A stretch of DNA of 32,000 bases from Candidatus Kuenenia stuttgartensis (GTDB taxonomy: Bacteria; Planctomycetota; Brocadiia; Brocadiales; Brocadiaceae): assembly GCF_900232105.1 (NCBI RefSeq), contig NZ_LT934425.1, forward strand, positions 1,620,001-1,652,000, in the 5' to 3' direction. The translations under genes and the position numbers were made by a program. Positions 1 to 5,487 of this stretch are shown here, one piece after another (positions within the stretch are counted from its first letter, which is position 1; each line of letters opens with the position of its first letter). The notes under the pieces were generated by a model that saw only the letters and a program-made list of their open reading frames with translations, was not told where the DNA came from and did not search any database.

Positions 1-3
1 GAT

Positions 4-44
4 TTGTAGTGGCAAGGCGTACCTCATACGCATCAACCTAACTT
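4..44. repeat. Left terminal inverted repeat of the IS
   Basis: Pairs with 2735-2775 (36/41). Contains the small internal palindrome gcgta-cctca-tacgc. Confidence 0.8.
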
Positions 45-132
45 TTACTGAAAAGCCAGCAGTTGAAGCAAAGCAGAAGTAAAGAGATTAATTTTTCAGA
101 ATGGGGATTCACCTCCCTCATATACTAAGAAC

Positions 133-1083
133 TTATTGGGATTGTTGTAACACGGAACGGAATTCTCTGCACAGTGGATACACCATTATTAATTTTACAT
201 TTTCGTAAAGTTTGGAATAATCTCCCAATTTCCCCCTCCCCTTCGTTTCTCCTAAATAAATCCAATTTGCTGCCTTATAGCATGTACCCCTGAAACGTTT
301 TTTTTCTACAAACGTCTCTAACATTACAGGCCGGTATTTGTAACGATCTTCCCAATCATTCGGCAGTTTTTTGGCGACTAAGCCCAATACCCTTGATGCA
401 AGATTCCTTGACTTTATCCAGGGCAAAATCAAAAACCGGCAATTATTTACTATCAGATTGAGATTTTGTTCCCGAATCTGCCTACTCCATCCGATAAAGT
501 CTTCTCTTGCCTGCACATTCCACGCTGATGCACCAAAACCTAATGCCCCAAGTACGCCGTAACGACTGTTTATCTGATAGCGAAGTTGGGCGCCTACCAA
601 TCTTTTATATCCTAAATAATGCCAACGATGAATCATTTCGTTCCATATACGGGATTCTACAGGGGTTTTTACTATATCCAGACTTATATCTCCAATCTCT
701 CCGGCTGATAGGTTGAGCAATGGCTGGTTATCATTTAACATATTACTATGCTTGTACGGCTTGCCATCGCCATTCCCATTTCGATTCAAAGATGGCGGCA
801 AGGAGAACCACCCATCTCTTTCCATCCGCAGCAGCGCTACACGGCAACTCATATCCTTTAGCTTGCCGTCTGCCTTTCTCCACTCAAAGCGCTCACATAT
901 CTTCACCGAAATAGCCGTCCGGCACAAACCCTTTGTCCTGACTATTTCACTAATAATTTTCATTTCTTCCATCGTAAAGTCGCGCCCACAATAACGAACC
1001 GGCGCGGCAGACTGATGCAACGCAACGGCAGATTTGATTCGTTCAGGCTCTTTGAGAATATGATTCCTGTTGTCCCCTGTCAT
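133..1083 (-). CDS. DUF4338-like (DruA-like) protein carried as the second ORF of the IS
   Basis: 316 aa. The motifs WHYLGY, GAQLRYQI, NNCRFLILPW, LETFVE..RFRGTCYKAANWIYLGETKGRGK match my recollection of the DUF4338 family. The start ATG (1083-1081) overlaps the transposase TGA (1082-1080) as ATGA, implying translational coupling. Confidence 0.6.
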   Translation of the reverse strand: MTGDNRNHILKEPERIKSAVALHQSAAPVRYCGRDFTMEEMKIISEIVRTKGLCRTAISVKICERFEWRKADGKLKDMSCRVALLRMERDGWFSLPPSLNRNGNGDGKPYKHSNMLNDNQPLLNLSAGEIGDISLDIVKTPVESRIWNEMIHRWHYLGYKRLVGAQLRYQINSRYGVLGALGFGASAWNVQAREDFIGWSRQIREQNLNLIVNNCRFLILPWIKSRNLASRVLGLVAKKLPNDWEDRYKYRPVMLETFVEKKRFRGTCYKAANWIYLGETKGRGKLGDYSKLYENVKLIMVYPLCREFRSVLQQSQ

Positions 1084-2456
1084 AGTGAAAAACCCTCTAA
1101 AAATCCAACCTGTCCACTTATTAATTCAAGGGTTGTTTTGCGCCGCCTCTTTTGTTTTAACAGTCCTTTGGGGAAACTCTTTAACAATTCTTCCATAAGC
1201 GCCGGAAGCATATTATCTGCAATCGCACGGCTCAGACGCCCTTTTCTTTGTAACCATTGAATTAGCTTTACCCCACTCACCTCCCGGCACATAGTACTAT
1301 GACAATACCATGCGCTTAGCGCATATATCCGCGTTACGATACATATCATTATCAACCGGCCATATAACAAACAACGAATCCTTTCTTCACGGGTACCCCT
1401 CATTACATCCATCCGGAATAATTGTTTCCATTGCTTAAATACCAACTCTATCTGCCACCTTATCCGGTATATTGTGCCTACTACTTCCGGCGACCAGATT
1501 TCCGCCCCTACATTGGTGATATAGAAGCTATAGTCTAACCACTCTAAATATTCACGGGACAAGGTCTTTCCACTCTTTTGTACCGCTCTTTTGGCTTTGC
1601 GTCTGCGCTCATTTATTACATGCCCGGGCGCACGGTACGCTATCAGACGGCTGCATATCCTCTCTTCTCCAAGATAAACCTCCATGTCTGCGAGACCTTT
1701 ATTGCCTATGTGTTTCTTTACATATGACACAAGGTCTATGGCTTCTGCACCGGGATCTGCGCTTAAATAGACTTTGGTACTCTTGAAGAAGCGGCTTAAA
1801 TAATATGCCCCTTTTCCTTCAATATCCCCTAATACCGAAAGATCAAAATATCCCAAATCCCTCAACAGCAAATCCCTTTCCCCTATATGTTTCAATACCT
1901 TTGCTCCGTTTTTCTGATCAGGATAGGTGCCTTTCGTAATAGAAACTTCTTTCAATATATGATGTACCGCCTCATATAATAAATCTATCTTTACGGATGA
2001 TTTGCTCGCACTGCCTCCCGTACCTTTGAATTCTTCCGCCAAATGCTCATTGAGCGCTATTTGGGTACTATCCTGGAGATACACATTCGAAAATTGCTCT
2101 AATGCTACAAAAGGTATTTTCTCTAATTTAGGACATACCTGTTCTTTGTATATTGCTTCAAACGTACGTTCTAAAAACGATACTGCTTTATCGCTATTTA
2201 TCTTTTTACTCAATGCCTGTGGGGTTATATCTGACTCGGGAGACTTCTCGCGAAGAACATCACTTAATCCTTCCAAAGAAATTATTCCGCTATCAAAATG
2301 CCCGGCAGACAACAGTTCTACAAAATCTCTGCCGGATACCTTGTTGGTGGAACGTTGTACAAAGCATGTCTCACGGGCAATTCTGTCCAAATTGTCCTCA
2401 TCCAAACTCTTTACATGTTCTTGTGTGATTTCTTTTAGTCTTTTATGGTGAGACAC
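1080..2456 (-). CDS. IS4-family DDE transposase
   Basis: 458 aa with a GTG start. The C-terminal YRIRWQIELVFKQWK fits the Y-(2)-R-(3)-E-(6)-K signature of IS4-family transposases. An upstream LLRDLGYFD resembles the first DDE aspartate block. The ORF lies between the terminal inverted repeats. Confidence 0.85.
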   Translation of the reverse strand: MSHHKRLKEITQEHVKSLDEDNLDRIARETCFVQRSTNKVSGRDFVELLSAGHFDSGIISLEGLSDVLREKSPESDITPQALSKKINSDKAVSFLERTFEAIYKEQVCPKLEKIPFVALEQFSNVYLQDSTQIALNEHLAEEFKGTGGSASKSSVKIDLLYEAVHHILKEVSITKGTYPDQKNGAKVLKHIGERDLLLRDLGYFDLSVLGDIEGKGAYYLSRFFKSTKVYLSADPGAEAIDLVSYVKKHIGNKGLADMEVYLGEERICSRLIAYRAPGHVINERRRKAKRAVQKSGKTLSREYLEWLDYSFYITNVGAEIWSPEVVGTIYRIRWQIELVFKQWKQLFRMDVMRGTREERIRCLLYGRLIMICIVTRIYALSAWYCHSTMCREVSGVKLIQWLQRKGRLSRAIADNMLPALMEELLKSFPKGLLKQKRRRKTTLELISGQVGFLEGFSL

Positions 2457-2734
2457 GGTTTAATTTGTATTTTTGATTTTGTAAGAAATTATGTAAGTTA
2501 TATTTTCCTTATATCAAAAAAATTTAGGTGTGTCCCGAAAAAAATGTGTTTATTTAAAAAAAAATTTTGCCCTCTCTTTGAAAGATTGTTGTTTTTAACC
2601 TCTCCCTTGCTTTAAATGCCGGTTTTTTATATCCTCTCAGCGTACAACGCACAAATAAACAAGCACGATAACGCTTCGCCTACCCACACTTAATATCACA
2701 TGTTCTTGCAATGCTAACCTTTACAACTACTGCC

Positions 2735-2775
2735 AAGTTAGGTTGATGCGTATGAGGCGTACCTTGCTACTACAA
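2735..2775. repeat. Right terminal inverted repeat of the IS
   Basis: Its reverse complement matches 4-44. The inner 23 nt (aagttaggttgatgcgtatgagg) match perfectly. Confidence 0.8.
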
Positions 2776-2863
2776 GGAAAATGTTTTATTCCTGTTATAT
2801 AATTGGCACACGTGAATATCTTTTTCAAAAAACCAAATTGTTACGAAGCCTCTAAAATCAAGC

Positions 2864-3121
2864 ATGGTGTCCCCGGAATTCTCTAAACATTTTGGAAAGA
2901 AGAACAATATGTTTCCCGATAAAGAGTACCTTTTAAAGGTAGTGAAGGCACGCATGCCTTTTGGCAAATACAAAGGACGATTGTTGATAGATTTGCCTGA
3001 AGCTTATATTGTATGGTTTGCCCAACAGGGATTTCCGAAAGGTGAATTGGGCAATATGCTTGAATGCGTTTACGAAATCAAGCTTAACGGACTGGAATAT
3101 TTATTGAATCCACTGCGATAA
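2864..3121 (+). CDS. DUF3820-family small protein
   Basis: MPFGKYKGRLLIDLPEAYIVWFAQQGFPKGELGNMLECVYEIKLNGLEYL matches the DUF3820 consensus as I recall it. The true start may be the internal ATG at 2909, which would give about 70 aa, typical for the family. Confidence 0.7.
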   Translation: MVSPEFSKHFGKKNNMFPDKEYLLKVVKARMPFGKYKGRLLIDLPEAYIVWFAQQGFPKGELGNMLECVYEIKLNGLEYLLNPLR

Positions 3122-3140
3122 TGTAATATGTGCAAATTGG

Positions 3141-3270
3141 GTGGGGTGAGATTCTCTCTTCTTCATGGATTAAGCGACAGAGAATCCACCGTTTCATTAT
3201 TATTTGGTGGATTCGGTGGGAAAAAGCCGCACCTTAATCCACCCGACACGTTTTAAACACCAAATGAAAC
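3141..3270 (+). other. Structured intergenic segment with alternating GGTGGATT/AATCCACC motifs; candidate 3' UTR element or small RNA
   Basis: ggtgagattctct (3145-3157) pairs with agagaatccacc (3179-3190). ggtggatt (3206-3213) pairs with aatccacc (3236-3243). gtttcatt (3191-3198) pairs with aatgaaac (3263-3270). The segment is followed by a strong terminator. Confidence 0.25.
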
Positions 3271-3297
3271 AACACTGCCTTAGCAAGCATGTATATT

Positions 3298-3345
3298 AAC
3301 CCTGACAGGGTTTGGAACCCTGTCAGGGTTGTTTCTTTCATTTTC
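3298..3345 (+). terminator. Rho-independent terminator downstream of the DUF3820 gene
   Basis: Perfect 15-bp stem, aaccctgacagggtt (3298-3312) and aaccctgtcagggtt (3316-3330), with loop tgg, followed by gtttctttcatttt. It lies between convergent genes. Confidence 0.75.
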
Positions 3346-3388
3346 AACGGTAGAAACAGATTTAAAAAGTTGTTTCTTTTCCAATCAA

Positions 3389-4387
3389 TCAGAAACTATG
3401 CAGATATCCCGTGCTTTTACATATATGGCAGACAGTGTTTTTCTTGTTTTTACTGCCCAGAATTTCTTTTCTGGCAGAAACGTACATTTCGTTATTCCAT
3501 ATTTGCGCAAAAGATTCCCTGTGAATATTGCCAAACGCAAATGTCTCGCTATAGACGGCGCAACAGGGCAGTACTGAGCCGTCCCAATTAATAACGGTTT
3601 CCGTCCAGGGAAGTGTGCAGGAGATTCGTTTTTTCTTTTTCTCAGGACAAACTAAAAATTTCCGGTTCCCGGGTATCCAGTCGGCATCTCTTTCCAGCGC
3701 ATCTTGTATTGTTTCAAAGATTTCCTTTCCCATATCAGGCCTCATCTTGTTTATTTTAATCTGGATGCCGATCCCTTTTGCCATTTTCTGCGCCTGCTCT
3801 CTCTCGTGTTCGTTCTGTTTAAAAACATGAAATAACCATACCAGTTTCGTCCTGCAGCCGTGCATTTCCTTTTTCTTTTGAACAAGGCGTTTCATATTTT
3901 CTGTTACCAAACCAAAATCTCCGCCAACATGATATTTGAGGTACGTTTCCTTACTTGCGCCATTACAGGAAATATACAACACCTTTAGTCCCGCGCGTAA
4001 CAGTTCCTCAACATCTTTGTCCTCCAGTTTCAGCGAAAGGTTTGTGCTTATTTTCACATCAATCCCATACTTTCGGGCATAGTGGATCATTGGCAGCAGA
4101 TCTTTATTTAAAAGAGGTTCTCCCCAGTTATATAACCGGATCAGCCTGAGGTATCTGCCGATTTCATCGAGGATTTTTTTGTACAATTCAAGAGGAATAA
4201 ATCCCTTTTTGGCGCTGCTGTCATGCTGTCCCGTAGGGCACAGGGGACAACGCAAATTGCACACATTGCCGGATTCAATGGTAATTTTTGATGGGAAATA
4301 CGGCAGGTTTGTCCTGCCAAGGAAAGTATAGATGCGGGATAAAATGGAATTAGACAGTTTTTTCATTTTGTTTTTTTTCTCTGCCAT
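3389..4387 (-). CDS. Radical SAM protein with a C-terminal SPASM/twitch-like cysteine cluster
   Basis: 332 aa. CNLRCPLC is a CX3CX2C radical-SAM motif. The C-terminal CTLPWTETVINWDGSVLPCC fits CX12GX4C, and a later VCHIC supplies a CxxC. Confidence 0.8.
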   Translation of the reverse strand: MAEKKNKMKKLSNSILSRIYTFLGRTNLPYFPSKITIESGNVCNLRCPLCPTGQHDSSAKKGFIPLELYKKILDEIGRYLRLIRLYNWGEPLLNKDLLPMIHYARKYGIDVKISTNLSLKLEDKDVEELLRAGLKVLYISCNGASKETYLKYHVGGDFGLVTENMKRLVQKKKEMHGCRTKLVWLFHVFKQNEHEREQAQKMAKGIGIQIKINKMRPDMGKEIFETIQDALERDADWIPGNRKFLVCPEKKKKRISCTLPWTETVINWDGSVLPCCAVYSETFAFGNIHRESFAQIWNNEMYVSARKEILGSKNKKNTVCHICKSTGYLHSF

Positions 4388-5141
4388 TCCCGTGCGTACG
4401 TTCCCAAAGTTTTACGTATTTGACAAATATGTAAAAAGCGTTTGTAATTGCAAGAATAAAGCCGGGCAGTCCGTCCAAAAACCCCCTCTTTAATATGTAT
4501 ACTTTAATAAACTTGTACAGCGGCCGGAAGATGAGCTGAAACAAACTAAAGCTTTTGTTTCGTTCTATCATAATACCGGAAAAAATATCCGAGTAATTAT
4601 CTATCGTCTTTAATTGGTGGGAAAGATTCCGGTAGTTAAAATGATATAAGTCGTGTTTCATATACTGTGTTTTTCCTTCGACACTTACCCTTCCATGCGG
4701 ATTTGTACCCTGCCACCTTCCACGTCCCCTTTTGAAGAGACGTAATTGATAATCAGGATACCAGTCGCCATGAAATATCCAGCGTCCCAGGTAACTGCTT
4801 CGTCTGGGGAAAAAAAACCCGTCTGCCGTTTCACGGCTCTTGAGAACATTTTGTATTTCCTTTGTAAGTTCTGGTGACAATCTCTCATCGGCGTCAAGGC
4901 AAAGCAGCCAGTCTTTCGTTGCCAGCCCTATCGTATGGTTCTTCTGGTCGATATTCCCGCCCCATGCACGCCGATAAACATGTTCCGTATATTCTTTGCA
5001 TATATCTACCGTTTTATCCGTGCTGAAAGAATCCACAACGATGATTTCGTCTGCCCATTTGACGCTTTCAAGGCAATCACGAATTCTTGATTCTTCATTA
5101 AAAGTAATGATACAGACAGAGACAGGATACGTTCGGGTCAT
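4350..5141 (-). CDS. Family 2 glycosyltransferase (WaaE/KdtX-like size and layout)
   Basis: 263 aa. The N-terminal VSVCIITFNEE..VVDSFSTD and the LDADE (DXD) motif are typical of GT2. The stop overlaps the radical-SAM ORF start by 38 nt. Confidence 0.75.
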   Translation of the reverse strand: MTRTYPVSVCIITFNEESRIRDCLESVKWADEIIVVDSFSTDKTVDICKEYTEHVYRRAWGGNIDQKNHTIGLATKDWLLCLDADERLSPELTKEIQNVLKSRETADGFFFPRRSSYLGRWIFHGDWYPDYQLRLFKRGRGRWQGTNPHGRVSVEGKTQYMKHDLYHFNYRNLSHQLKTIDNYSDIFSGIMIERNKSFSLFQLIFRPLYKFIKVYILKRGFLDGLPGFILAITNAFYIFVKYVKLWERTHGNGREKKQNEKTV

Positions 5142-5294
5142 TTTTCTTTATGCTAGATAGAGAGGGTTATGAACGACATGAAGCTGCGCTACTATTTTGT
5201 TGCGACTGCGCTCGTTCCTAAAGATCAAGCTTGGGAACGTAATGGCACTGGAAACTACATTAGCGGGTTCAAGCCTTTGGCGGTTTTTTTAAGA

Positions 5295-5387
5295 GAATAC
5301 CGAACCGCAGAACAAGGAATATCAAATATTAAAGCAAAATACTTCATCATTCTATATTCCTTGTTCTATATTCAATATTCGGTATTC
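5295..5387. repeat. Nested imperfect inverted repeat (long hairpin) in the GT2/gyrA spacer
   Basis: The outer arms are gaataccgaa (5295-5304) and ttcggtattc (5378-5387). The inner arms are agaacaaggaatat (5309-5322) and atattccttgttct (5354-5367). Confidence 0.6.
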
Positions 5388-5399
5388 CCGCCCGGGTAT

Positions 5400-5432
5400 T
5401 TCTGCAAAATTCCCAAACAGGAATTTGGGAAT
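5400..5432 (-). terminator. Candidate intrinsic terminator after the reconstructed gyrA end
   Basis: 9-bp stem attcccaaa (5409-5417) / tttgggaat (5424-5432) with a 6-nt loop. On the minus strand it is followed by tttt. The stem is AT-rich, so it is weak. Confidence 0.35.
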
Positions 5433-5487
5433 ACTCAGGGTAAATACTTAAAGGCAATCTTCAAACAACTAAAATGTTACGTATTAT

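Larger units (their letters stand above)
4..2775 (-). mobile_element. Complete two-ORF insertion sequence, IS4-family-like (DDE transposase plus DUF4338-like ORF), bounded by 41-bp imperfect terminal inverted repeats
   Basis: IRL 4-44 is ttgtagtggcaaggcgtacctcatacgcatcaacctaactt. The reverse complement of 2735-2775 is ttgtagtagcaaggtacgcctcatacgcatcaacctaactt, 36/41 identical. The repeats enclose ORFs 1080-2456 and 133-1083. Only 3 nt of left flank lie in the window, so a target-site duplication cannot be read. Confidence 0.8.

Noticed and set aside
133-1083. The DUF4338 ORF as a marker of a Druantia defence system
   Set aside because: No large helicase/DUF1998 or other dru-like genes are adjacent. 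The ORF lies inside the IS inverted repeats and is coupled to the transposase, so a defence-island reading is unsupported.
2002-2451. Antisense ORFs nested in long genes (for example 2002-2451, 6476-6940, 11077-11439, 15758-16072, 17651-17980, 20986-21458, 30880-31456)
   Set aside because: Each lies opposite a gene with strong family motifs. Their translations are low-complexity or Ser/Leu/Cys-rich, typical of antisense frames. None has recognisable motifs.
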